From Anaerolineae bacterium (lineage in GTDB: Bacteria > Chloroflexota > Anaerolineae > Anaerolineales > UBA4823): DNA of 64,000 nucleotides. The stretch is taken from assembly GCA_041479245.1 (NCBI GenBank), contig JBGOXS010000003.1, positions 60,965 through 124,964 on the forward strand. Reading direction: 5' to 3'. Shown here one piece after another: positions 50,278-59,539 of this stretch (its first letter is position 1; each line of letters opens with the position of its first letter). The translations under genes and the position numbers were made by a program. The notes under the pieces are model-generated. The model was not told the origin of the DNA, searched no databases, and saw nothing but the letters and a program-made list of their open reading frames with translations.

Positions 50278-50418
50278 CCTATTCCTTTGATCCCTGCGGA
50301 CATGCTTTCATTATACACTTGCCCCCAATAGGTGGAAGCACATTTTATAAGAACGCTGTGAGATTGAAAACGCCAGCGGAAAATTGGGTTTACTGCTGGG
50401 ATTGAACTTGTGAAGGAT

Positions 50419-50706
50419 TTATCTGCGCTTCCGGTTTTTCGTCGTGAGTTCAGTCAATCCTGGGAATTCCGGCGCTCCCATTGAGCGCATGCGCTGCTCT
50501 TCAGTCACCTGGCTAAGGCGCGGCCCTTCGGTCCATTCACCGCCCTTCAGCTCGGAGGTGGCGATCTGGATGGCTTCCTGTGGGCTATTCGCCCAGATGG
50601 TTTTAGCATACGGTTCGATCGAGCTCGCCGGGTAGGTCCCGGTTTTATTTTTCTTTTTCACCCCCGTCTTATTTGCAAATAACCCTTCGACGAAGTATTG
50701 AGGCAA
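50419..50706 (-). CDS. Hypothetical protein
   Basis: 95-aa ORF in the operon, basic; TTG start. Confidence 0.6.
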   Translation of the reverse strand: MPQYFVEGLFANKTGVKKKNKTGTYPASSIEPYAKTIWANSPQEAIQIATSELKGGEWTEGPRLSQVTEEQRMRSMGAPEFPGLTELTTKNRKRR

Positions 50707-50720
50707 GCAGCGCCTTCCTG

Positions 50721-51191
50721 TTATTCCCCAAACAGCTGCGGAGGAGCCTGGATGGCCACTACTTCACCCCGGGCGCACACCTGCCCATTGGCTGATAGCC
50801 AGGCCACCATCACCACCTTGCGCCCTTTGATCTCCATCACTCTGGCACGCACCTCCAGTGGAACACCCAGTGGGGTGGGTTTGAGGTAATCTACTTTGAG
50901 CGAGGCAGTCACGAAGCGGAAGGCCGGTAAGCTGTCCATGCTGCGACCCTCAGTCTTGTAAGACGCTGCGGCAGCCGTCCCCGTGCAGTGGCAATCGATC
51001 AGTGAAGCAATTAGCCCACCGTACACGTAGCCCGGGATGGCAATGTGATATGCCCTGGGGGTGTAAGTACACACAGTTTCTTCTCCATCCCAATAGCTCT
51101 TGATTTGTAGACCCTGCTCGTTCAAGCGTCCGCAACCGTAGCAGTGGCTCACGTTATCGGGGTAATAGTCCTGTAATGCTTTTTGTGTCAT
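50721..51191 (-). CDS. PaaI/hotdog thioesterase
   Basis: CYGCG..N..GL, YGGLIASLID, VTASL.V.YLKP.P. Confidence 0.9.
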   Translation of the reverse strand: MTQKALQDYYPDNVSHCYGCGRLNEQGLQIKSYWDGEETVCTYTPRAYHIAIPGYVYGGLIASLIDCHCTGTAAAASYKTEGRSMDSLPAFRFVTASLKVDYLKPTPLGVPLEVRARVMEIKGRKVVMVAWLSANGQVCARGEVVAIQAPPQLFGE

Positions 51192-51196
51192 CTTGA

Positions 51197-51427
51197 CTAT
51201 CCGATCTCCTTGGCAGCCAGCACTAAGATTTCAAATCCATATCCCACCAGCTCATCCAGCCTTGCCCGTTCATCATTGCTGATCCGCTCGTCATCCTCGA
51301 GGCGCTCGATATAGCGCAGGAGTGAGCCGCGCAGCCCACTTGCCCGGTGGGCATAGGTCGAATCGGCCGATAAGTGCTCCAGACGGTCGGTCAGGCGTTT
51401 GATCAGCTTTAGGTCCTGCTCATCCAA
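51197..51427 (-). CDS. Small helical hypothetical protein
   Basis: LE.LSADS..AHRASG.RG.LL; in operon. Confidence 0.7.
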   Translation of the reverse strand: MDEQDLKLIKRLTDRLEHLSADSTYAHRASGLRGSLLRYIERLEDDERISNDERARLDELVGYGFEILVLAAKEIG

Positions 51428-51470
51428 GGCTCATACCAGCTGCAACAGTTCTCATCCGATCAACCACGCG

Positions 51471-51911
51471 TTACCACGAAATGATCTTCTCCGGAGTCAG
51501 CTTGATTAGCAGGTTTTCTGAATCATTAAGCCAGGATTGCGGCTCAGGCTCCTTCACCCCTTCCAGGCCGAGATAGCGGATGTAGATCCGGCTGGCAATA
51601 TCGCTCACTTGCGGGCGCGGCTCCGTCACCAGCTCAACCACCCCCTCCAGCAGTACTGCCGTCAGCTTGCCGCCTTCCTGTTTTGACTCGATCAGCACGG
51701 CTCCGCGCGGGTTATGCTTCAGCTCGCGGATCTTGCGTGTGCTGACGAAGCTGCTGATCCAAACTGACTCCCCATCCCACATGAACCATACCGGCACCAC
51801 GTGCGGTTGTAACGTCCTCGGGTTGGTGGTTGCCAGGCGCGCCAGCACCGGTTCTGCCAGCACCGATTCGATCAAGATTTTTCTATCGTTTTTTACTGCC
51901 TCTGCCATCAC
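51471..51911 (-). CDS. Pyridoxamine 5'-phosphate oxidase-like (split-barrel flavin/F420) protein
   Basis: RLAT…PHVVPVWF, K.R.L..NPR. Confidence 0.88.
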   Translation of the reverse strand: MMAEAVKNDRKILIESVLAEPVLARLATTNPRTLQPHVVPVWFMWDGESVWISSFVSTRKIRELKHNPRGAVLIESKQEGGKLTAVLLEGVVELVTEPRPQVSDIASRIYIRYLGLEGVKEPEPQSWLNDSENLLIKLTPEKIISW

Positions 51912-51980
51912 ATTCTCCGCTTGATAATCTCGCTGGAGTATATTACAAAATCATGCTGCGTACAACACCGCTAGAATCAC

Positions 51981-52048
51981 GAGAGCCGGGTATGTGGCCC
52001 GGCTCTCAACAAGGAGGAGAAGAGAAAACTTATACTATGTTGATCATA
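51981..52048 (-). ncRNA. Candidate small RNA with an anti-SD CUCCUCCUU tract and a 3' hairpin
   Basis: Minus strand: TATGAT (-10 like), then TTTTCTCTTCTCCTCCTTG and a 10-bp stem GAGAGCCGGG/CCCGGCTCTC. Confidence 0.4.
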
Positions 52049-52098
52049 CCTAAATACTAAAAATAATACTTGACGGTTCAACTACAATCACCCCACGT

Positions 52099-52521
52099 TC
52101 ACCCTTCGAATCCTTTTTCCCTGCGCATATGCTTGATTTCGGCCCGTTTTCGCTTAGATTCCAGCCGGCGTAATTTGGCTGCGTGCGTGGGTTTGGTCCG
52201 GTGTCGTGGTTTGGGGGCCTGGCTGGCTTGTTGGATTAGCCGCTTCAACCGCTCCAACGCTGCCTGGCGGTTTTGCTCCTGCGAGCGGTATTGGCTGGCT
52301 TCAATGATCAGCACCCCCTCTGAGGTGATCCGCCTTCCTGCCAGCCTGGTAAGGCGCTCTTTCATTTCCACCGGCAGGGATGGTGAAGCTAACATTTTAA
52401 AACGCAACTGCACTGCCGTGCTCACCTTATTGACGTTTTGTCCGCCGGGACCGGGAGAGCGGACGTAAACCAGCTCGATCTCGCGCTCGTCCAGCTGGAT
52501 AGAGGGGGTGATTTGGATCAT
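52099..52521 (-). CDS. arfB: Alternative ribosome rescue factor ArfB
   Basis: GPGGQNVNKV, RSQ..N, basic C-terminal tail. Confidence 0.95.
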   Translation of the reverse strand: MIQITPSIQLDEREIELVYVRSPGPGGQNVNKVSTAVQLRFKMLASPSLPVEMKERLTRLAGRRITSEGVLIIEASQYRSQEQNRQAALERLKRLIQQASQAPKPRHRTKPTHAAKLRRLESKRKRAEIKHMRREKGFEG

Positions 52522-52619
52522 TTAATCAGTATATCTGCTGGATCACATATGGATCGTCCACTGCTCCCATCAATAAATATATCATCAGCTAACCCCTCTG
52601 CTTTCTTCTGGAGTTGGAT

Positions 52620-55600
52620 CTATCCATTTTGCCAAAATTTTTTTAATAGGCTGTTCACGTAGATATCTAAGCCAGCCTTCTTCCACAATCCTCTGGCTGT
52701 GCCCAGCTGGAGAAGCTCTTTCATCGGTTCTCCTTCATCCACAAATGGGCGAATAATCCCTTCGGATTTCACCAATAGCAGACTGCCTTTCAATTTTTCT
52801 AGGGCTCTGTTGCTGTAATTTGTTTGTTTATACGCCAAAGCCTGGAGTGCCATAATATAATAGAGTTTTCCACGTCGACCTCGACTTTCTGCAAATGTAT
52901 ATAATTCTGACAAAATCTTTAACGCTTCTTTTGGCTGTCCTTTCCAGACCAAGATTTTTGCTAATGACGTATACATTCCTTCATTGAGATATAGAATAGG
53001 CCCACCAGATTGAAGTTCACATTTTCCTAACCATTCTTCGATGCGTTCATGATCATCCACACGTATCCAGAATTGGATTAAATTCGATCTAATAGCCGAG
53101 GGTAGGTAAGGCAGAGGATAAGTTTCGAGACGGTCGAGGCATTCTTGCGCAATCTGTATTGCTTCTTCCCGCTTTCCTTGCGCAAGCTTTAAATATGGCA
53201 TGATGGAAATTCCATAAAAAAGGATTTCCTCAAGTGTATCCTGGCTCGTTAAATCAATGCCTATATTAAGCCGATTTTCGGCTTCTTCCAATCGGTTCCA
53301 TTGTAATAGGATCTTACTGGAATTGATATAAAGCTGACCAAGCCTTGGATTCGGTTGCAGGCTCCCGGATGACATTTCTTGTTGTGTTTGTAATAGCAGT
53401 TGGTAGGCCTCCCGAAACCTGCCCTGTTCACAAAGTACCGTGGTAAAATCTGCGATAGTCACTAAAGTAATATAGTTATTTCCTGCTTCCCGGCAAAGCG
53501 GAATAGCCCGCAAAAAGTATTTTTCAGCATTGTGAGTATCACCTTCCCAATAATACGAAGCTCCAAGCAACCAACCAGCCAGACATCGCAGCATTAAATC
53601 ATTTTGCGGGAGCTTTTCCCAAGCTAGAAGAGCCTGTTCCCTCATTACAGTAACATCCCGATTGCTTAATTCGGCCAGAACTCCGCGGATAAGTGCGATT
53701 TCTCCAATAATGCTGGCTGTAACTTTATCTTCCCTATCCTTTACAACCAACCACGTTTTTTGCAGTTGCTCCGATGCGGAAGCAAATCGGTTTTGCATGA
53801 TCAAGGACCAGGCATTAACGATATTCAAGTGTGGCCTCGATTGGAATAAATCTGCAGGAAGTTTAGCTAACCATTCCTGGAGGGTATAAGATTGACCAGT
53901 GATAAATACCATAGGAATGGCGCGCGCTTCAATAAGGGCAGCTGCCTGGTCGTATTTTTTTGCAGCAATAAAGTGTCGAACTGCCTCGCCAAAAAGTTTG
54001 TTCTTTTCAAGCCAATTTGCTGCTCGTTGGTGGAGCTCTTCCAGGCAGGGCAACCCTTCCCTTTCAGTTTCTGAGCACATTGAAAGAGTATCCTCATGCT
54101 TGAAGCGAAGCAGTTCTGCGAAGAGATTATGATAGCGGTACCACTGCCTTTCGCTATCCAATGGTACAAGGAAAAGGTTTTCCTTTTCCAGCTCTTCCAA
54201 AATAATTTGGCTTTGCTCAGAGTTAGTAACAGCATCGCATAATGGACCTGAGAACCGTTCTAGTATTGAGGTTTGCAAAAGAAAGCGGCGGATAGTCTCA
54301 GGATAACGATTAAGCACCTCTTCAACCAGGTAATCCAGAATATATCGATTGCTGCCGGAAAAGGCTTTGACGAATCGAGAGATAGTCTGCCCACTAACTA
54401 TTGAGTTTTCTTCTCTAGTAAACTGAGAAGCTACCGTCCGTATAGCCAGCGCTGCCATTTGTAATCCGGCGATCCACCCTTCAGTCCGTGCATCCAGTGC
54501 CGATACATCTTCATTAGAAAGATACAGAGACATTACCTGTCTGAGAAAGTCGTTTGTTTCGTCAAAACTAAACCGCAGATCGCTCATCCGAATTTCCACC
54601 AGCTGATCGCGACCTCGTAATAGGGCTAAAGATATGGGTGGATCGCTGCGCGTGGCAATGACGAGATGCATGCAAGCTGGAGCATTAGCTAGCAAGAATT
54701 CCACAACCCTATGGACATCCGGAGAATGGATAAATTGATAATCATCCAGGATAACGATAAAAGGATCTCGCTCCTTAGCCACTTGGTTGACCAACTGAAC
54801 CAACGTGAACTGGACTGACGGCTGTAATGATTGTGTGTATGCTTGAAATTGCTCGCTAAGCTCTGTTGGTAGGATACTATCTAAGGCAGCGATCAGATAG
54901 GCGACAAAACGTACGGGATCGTTGTCCCCCTCATCTATGGAGAACCAGGCGATAGGCAGCTTAGTATAAGCTGCCCAACTGGCCAGGAGAGTTGTTTTAC
55001 CATATCCGGCTGGAGCCGAGACCAGGGTCAGTGATCGCTGAGAACCGGCATCAAGCACCTCCAACAATCGCTGACGGGCAACTCGCTCCACTCGTAAGGG
55101 AGGGATATACAGCTTGGTCTTTAGCAGAGGCTCAGGTCTCTCAGAGGCGGGATGTAATAATGCTGGTCCGTTTTCTGTATGGCCAGATGTTTCAACCGAT
55201 AACAAGCTTTGGTAAAGGCTAAGTGTCTCTGCCTCCGGAGCCTGGCCCAACTCGTTTTTGAGCGAATCGATCAAGATGTTATATTGCCGTAAAGCCACAC
55301 TGCGTTGGCCGGATTGGATGTATAGACATATCAGCATTCGTTGCGCTCTCTCGTTCAAGCAATCTAGAGCTACCCAACGTCGGGCGTAACCAACCGCCTT
55401 ATCCCATTCTTTCTGATTTTGATGATAAGCTGCTAGCTTCTCCAATGCATCTGCATATTCAGAGCGCAAGCTATCCCGCTGGAAGAACTGCCATTCATCG
55501 AACTCCGGACAATCCTTAAGGTTAAATCCCTTGAGAAATTCCCCCTTGTATACAGCTACTGCCTTCTCCAGAGATGATTGACAACTAGGGCAAACAAGAT

Positions 55601-55949
55601 TCGGCGGATGAGTATGCCCATTGGCATAGGCTAGATGCTTTCTGAATTCCTCAACATCCACTTGGATCAAGTCTCCTCTTCGAAGACCAATTTTCTCCCT
55701 GTCTGCTTCTAAGAGTCCGGGTGGAAGGCTTTTGACAAGCGAGTACAGGCTGCGTCGCAAGCTGGCCAAAGCATGCTGCTGGTCATGTTCAGACCAGAAC
55801 ATAGACGCCAGTGTTTCTCTTGTTGGGTTTTGTGTAGATAAGCTTAGATACGCCAGGAGGGCAAGGGTCTTTCGCATCTCCAGCCGGAGAGGACGACCAT
55901 CAAACTCGAGAGTAGGAGGCCCCAGCCAGGACATCGCAAAGATAGCCAC
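52620..55949 (-). CDS. SARP/BTAD-MalT-type STAND regulator lacking a C-terminal LuxR HTH
   Basis: LGPP…ALLAYL…RE.LA..FW, BTAD (Y.GEFL.GF, F.EW), TKLYIP, APAGYGKT, ILDDY, EGW.AGL; GTG start after GGAGG. Confidence 0.9.
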   Translation of the reverse strand: MAIFAMSWLGPPTLEFDGRPLRLEMRKTLALLAYLSLSTQNPTRETLASMFWSEHDQQHALASLRRSLYSLVKSLPPGLLEADREKIGLRRGDLIQVDVEEFRKHLAYANGHTHPPNLVCPSCQSSLEKAVAVYKGEFLKGFNLKDCPEFDEWQFFQRDSLRSEYADALEKLAAYHQNQKEWDKAVGYARRWVALDCLNERAQRMLICLYIQSGQRSVALRQYNILIDSLKNELGQAPEAETLSLYQSLLSVETSGHTENGPALLHPASERPEPLLKTKLYIPPLRVERVARQRLLEVLDAGSQRSLTLVSAPAGYGKTTLLASWAAYTKLPIAWFSIDEGDNDPVRFVAYLIAALDSILPTELSEQFQAYTQSLQPSVQFTLVQLVNQVAKERDPFIVILDDYQFIHSPDVHRVVEFLLANAPACMHLVIATRSDPPISLALLRGRDQLVEIRMSDLRFSFDETNDFLRQVMSLYLSNEDVSALDARTEGWIAGLQMAALAIRTVASQFTREENSIVSGQTISRFVKAFSGSNRYILDYLVEEVLNRYPETIRRFLLQTSILERFSGPLCDAVTNSEQSQIILEELEKENLFLVPLDSERQWYRYHNLFAELLRFKHEDTLSMCSETEREGLPCLEELHQRAANWLEKNKLFGEAVRHFIAAKKYDQAAALIEARAIPMVFITGQSYTLQEWLAKLPADLFQSRPHLNIVNAWSLIMQNRFASASEQLQKTWLVVKDREDKVTASIIGEIALIRGVLAELSNRDVTVMREQALLAWEKLPQNDLMLRCLAGWLLGASYYWEGDTHNAEKYFLRAIPLCREAGNNYITLVTIADFTTVLCEQGRFREAYQLLLQTQQEMSSGSLQPNPRLGQLYINSSKILLQWNRLEEAENRLNIGIDLTSQDTLEEILFYGISIMPYLKLAQGKREEAIQIAQECLDRLETYPLPYLPSAIRSNLIQFWIRVDDHERIEEWLGKCELQSGGPILYLNEGMYTSLAKILVWKGQPKEALKILSELYTFAESRGRRGKLYYIMALQALAYKQTNYSNRALEKLKGSLLLVKSEGIIRPFVDEGEPMKELLQLGTARGLWKKAGLDIYVNSLLKKFWQNG

Positions 55950-56229
55950 TTCGTTGCTCCTCCAATCACTCATTTCATTCATTATACAGAAGGAGTGATG
56001 GAAATTCAATAGTTTACCCGCCTGCTGGGGTTAATAAAGACGTAGTTCAAAAAGCCGGACGAATTGGTCAGGCTCCCTATTTTCAATCCACGGTCTTAAT
56101 GTTCAGAAACGTTAAAAAAAATCTTATTGGTGCGTGCTTTGAAAGGGCAAAATTAAACGAATCTTTCTCGCCCCCTGTGTATCCTACAGTCATAGCGCAT
56201 GGTTCTATACCAGAAGGAGCATATGAAAT

Positions 56230-56463
56230 ATGGCAAGTGAAAAAAAAGAAAATCAACAAACCCAATACATCATCCATATCAAAAACAACTTAGATTCCCG
56301 TTGGGAGCACTGGTTTGATGGGATGACAATCACCCACACTGACGATGGGGTGACCATCCTGACAGGTGAAGTGGTCGATCAATCCGCGTTATACGGACTA
56401 TTAGAGAAGATCCACAGCATGAATTTGTCTTTAATATCGTTTCGTAAAGTCGATTCTGAATAA
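56230..56463 (+). CDS. Small ACT-like protein typical of MalT/LuxR regulator neighbourhoods
   Basis: Y.I.I…L..RW..WF.G…T.L.G.V.DQSAL.GLL. Confidence 0.8.
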   Translation: MASEKKENQQTQYIIHIKNNLDSRWEHWFDGMTITHTDDGVTILTGEVVDQSALYGLLEKIHSMNLSLISFRKVDSE

Positions 56464-56552
56464 CCCGAAGTAATATCGTAATGACGAGAGATAACCAACA
56501 AGGGCACACCATATTATGCAGAGGATTTAGGTTAATAGAAAGGAAATATCAA

Positions 56553-57395
56553 ATGTCGATACACACATATCCACAAGTGGAACAAGCTCCAACTCACGCC
56601 CAACAAGCAATAAAAGGGCTTTTGGAGCGAGACCAATCTCCCATAATCGAGCTGCATAACCTGTGCAAGAATTATGGGTCAAAGATCGCCGTCGATAACG
56701 TCAATTTGAATGTCTTCGGTGGTGAAGTATTCGGCTTTCTCGGACCCAATGGTGCAGGCAAGACTACTACCATCAAGATGATTGTTGGACTTTTACAGCC
56801 GACGTCTGGGATGGTTAAAGTTGCTGGGTATGATATGCAAAAACAGCCTCTTCAAGCCAAACTCTCTAGCGGTTACGTCCCCGATACACCCAATCTGTAT
56901 TCAAAACTATCTGCTCGCGAGCTGTTACAGTTCGTCGGTGACCTGTACTCCATGGATGCTCAACAGATTAACCACCGAATCGAAGAGCTATTGCGATTAT
57001 TCTCTCTTGATGATGTTGGTGATAACCTGATCGATTCTTACAGCCACGGGATGCAGCAAAAAGCCTCGCTTGCCGCTGCATTAATGCATGATCCAAAGCT
57101 GTTGGTACTGGATGAGCCGACAGTGGGCCTCGACCCCAAATCCGCCCGCCTGATCAAAGACGTCGTCCAACAAATTGCGAACCGCGGATCGACTGTGTTT
57201 GTGACCACGCACATCCTCGAGATCGCTGAACAGATGTGCGATCGCATCGGGATCATTAATTCAGGCAAGCTGGTTGCTGTTGGAACGATGGAGGAACTAC
57301 GCGCCATAGGTCGCGGTGAAACGACTTTGGAAGATATCTTCCTTAGCCTGACTGGTGGTGCGGAGGAAGCAGAAATTGCGGAGGTGCTGAGATGA
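56553..57395 (+). CDS. ABC exporter ATPase
   Basis: GPNGAGKTT, YSHGM, LDEPT.GLDP; start moved to 56553 after AAAGGA. Confidence 0.93.
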   Translation: MSIHTYPQVEQAPTHAQQAIKGLLERDQSPIIELHNLCKNYGSKIAVDNVNLNVFGGEVFGFLGPNGAGKTTTIKMIVGLLQPTSGMVKVAGYDMQKQPLQAKLSSGYVPDTPNLYSKLSARELLQFVGDLYSMDAQQINHRIEELLRLFSLDDVGDNLIDSYSHGMQQKASLAAALMHDPKLLVLDEPTVGLDPKSARLIKDVVQQIANRGSTVFVTTHILEIAEQMCDRIGIINSGKLVAVGTMEELRAIGRGETTLEDIFLSLTGGAEEAEIAEVLR

Positions 57396-59161
57396 CCATT
57401 AGGATAGAATCGTTCGGGTCCTCGTCTGACAATCTCTTGGTATATGTGTATAAATTGATCCGCCTTCGTTGGGTGATCTTCAGCAGTGGCTTTAAACGTT
57501 CAAAACCGTTGCGTAAGGCGTTGACCATCGGGCTTGGGCTGCTGGTGTTAGGGGTTTTTATCGGAACCTATTACCTGTCGGGTTTACTTTTCCGGGCATT
57601 GGATTCACCCCTGATCATTCAGAGCGGGATCAACCCGGCAAGTATTCTAAAATCCATCCCGGCCGTGATCATTTCGGTTGTCTTCTTGTTGATCATGATG
57701 GCTAGTTTCAGGTTGCTCCTTCAGGCGCTCTACCTATCCAATGACATGGATTTCCTGGTGTCAGCCCCAATTCCCATCCGGGCGGTCTTCCTGTCCAAGT
57801 TGCTGGAAACCGTGTTGCCGAACTTTGTCCTGGTTTTAGCATTTGGGTTACCGGTCTTGCTGAGTCTGGGTATGGAAGGCAGGTACCATTTCGTCTATTT
57901 TCCACTCGTACTCTTGGTGCTGGCAGCCCTCGCGTTCGCTGCTGCCGGGATATCCAGTCTTTTAGTGATGGCTGTGGTGCGCATCTTTCCAGCTAAACGG
58001 GTGGCCGAGGTCCTGATTTTTGTGGGGGCAATCCTCGCCTTCGTGTTATCACAGTCATATAACCTGATGGGTAACAAATTGGAATCGCTTTCTCCTGAAC
58101 AGATTTCGCAGGGATTCCAGATACTCTCCAGGTTTGACAATCCTTGGTTCCCATTGGCATGGGGTGGGCGAAGTCTGATAGACCTGGGACAGGAGCGCTG
58201 GCTTTCAGGTGTCTTCTTCCTTGTTCTGACCTTAGGCTCATCCGCTTTTGTGTTCTGGTTGTCTTTGAAGACCGCTGAGCGTATGTATTACACCGGATGG
58301 TCCTCACTTCAAGTAAGCAGCCAACGCAAAAACAACCGCAAGGCGATCGATCATCGCAGTGCGAGCACTTTAGGTTCAAGGTTGTTCCGGCATTTGTTGC
58401 CTCGCCAGGTTGAGGCGATCATGTCCAAAGATTTAAAAACGATGACACGCGATTTACGTAACCTTTCGCAGGTGGTCGGTGTGTTTATCATGGGCATCGT
58501 CCTCGCAGTCATGCTGTTGCGCAGCGGAGGAAAGCCACCTGTCGGTAACGGCGATACCCCGGCTTTAGTTACATCCTTATTCCGTTCTGCAATTGCTTAT
58601 GGAAGCATGGTGATCGGGTTGTTCGTTGGCTGGGGGTTGATCTCTCGCCTGGGGTTGGTTGCATTTTCGATGGAAGGTAGGAACTTTTGGATCCTGAAGA
58701 CGGCTCCGATAAATGCAGGAATGCAGCTGGCAGCCAAATTCTGTATGTCGTATCTGCCTGCACTGATCCTGGCCTGGATCTACCTGCTCGCTGTCGCTGC
58801 TCTTCAGCACACTCCCTTTTCTACCATACTCTATGGCTTATCATCCATCGCCTTGATCCTGGCAGGTCTGGGAGGAATCAATCTGGCACTGGGTGTACGC
58901 AGCGTAAACCTGAGCTGGACTGACCCACGAAAAATGGAAAATGGGATGGCTGGACTCCTGGGGACAATTGTCAGCATTCTTTACCAGCTAATCACCTTGA
59001 TCTTGTTCTTTGGGCCTCCGCTTGGATTACCCTTGCTTGGAGTCTCGGAAGGGATTGGGATGTTGGTAGGCCTGTTTGTTGGGGGTACGGTTGCGATACT
59101 CTGCACAATACTGCCATTGTTGCTGGTGAAAGAACATGTCTATCTCATCGGGGAGGAGTAA
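57392..59161 (+). CDS. ABC-2 type exporter permease (duplicated TM domain)
   Basis: LY…DM.FL…PI…F.SK and EG..FW.L…PI…K repeats; overlaps the ATPase stop. Confidence 0.85.
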   Translation: MTIRIESFGSSSDNLLVYVYKLIRLRWVIFSSGFKRSKPLRKALTIGLGLLVLGVFIGTYYLSGLLFRALDSPLIIQSGINPASILKSIPAVIISVVFLLIMMASFRLLLQALYLSNDMDFLVSAPIPIRAVFLSKLLETVLPNFVLVLAFGLPVLLSLGMEGRYHFVYFPLVLLVLAALAFAAAGISSLLVMAVVRIFPAKRVAEVLIFVGAILAFVLSQSYNLMGNKLESLSPEQISQGFQILSRFDNPWFPLAWGGRSLIDLGQERWLSGVFFLVLTLGSSAFVFWLSLKTAERMYYTGWSSLQVSSQRKNNRKAIDHRSASTLGSRLFRHLLPRQVEAIMSKDLKTMTRDLRNLSQVVGVFIMGIVLAVMLLRSGGKPPVGNGDTPALVTSLFRSAIAYGSMVIGLFVGWGLISRLGLVAFSMEGRNFWILKTAPINAGMQLAAKFCMSYLPALILAWIYLLAVAALQHTPFSTILYGLSSIALILAGLGGINLALGVRSVNLSWTDPRKMENGMAGLLGTIVSILYQLITLILFFGPPLGLPLLGVSEGIGMLVGLFVGGTVAILCTILPLLLVKEHVYLIGEE

Positions 59162-59225
59162 ATTTGGCACTGAGAATCAATTTCACTGATTAATAGTAGG
59201 CTAATGAATCCCCGATTATTGTTCG

Positions 59226-59254
59226 TTGACACCCTAAAAGTTTCGAGATAATAT
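59226..59254 (+). promoter_or_regulatory. Sigma70 promoter of the B12/opine dehydrogenase operon
   Basis: TTGACA-17 nt-TAATAT. Confidence 0.7.
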
Positions 59255-59259
59255 AAGAT

Positions 59260-59527
59260 TACTTTCCGGAATTTCTGGGAATGTGGTTGGTGAATGGTTT
59301 ACCAATACGATTGCCGTTTGCTCACGGGTCTCGTGGAATTTACAATCGTTCTGATTTCACAACCCTGGTGTGTCCGTTAGCTTGAAGTGAGGGCATTAAT
59401 AGTCAACATCATGTGTCTATGATACAGGTCATTGAGTTTCAACAAATACGTATCGATTGATCCAGTCAATACCATTAATTCTTCAATACCAAAAAATGAG
59501 CGGCTGGAACAACCAACCGCTCTTTTT
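59260..59527 (+). promoter_or_regulatory. Long structured 5' leader ending in a terminator-like hairpin
   Basis: Stems 59287-59305 and 59307-59349; hairpin 59498-59522 plus TTTTT directly before the GGAGG RBS. Confidence 0.5.
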
Positions 59528-59539
59528 GTCGGAGGTTAG

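Noticed and set aside
59281-59385. 34-aa leader peptide MWLVNGLP…
   Set aside because: No clear SD and no amino-acid run typical of attenuator peptides
59260-59527. Canonical cobalamin or ydaO c-di-AMP riboswitch
   Set aside because: Their conserved sequence boxes were not recognisable by eye; an Rfam scan is still needed
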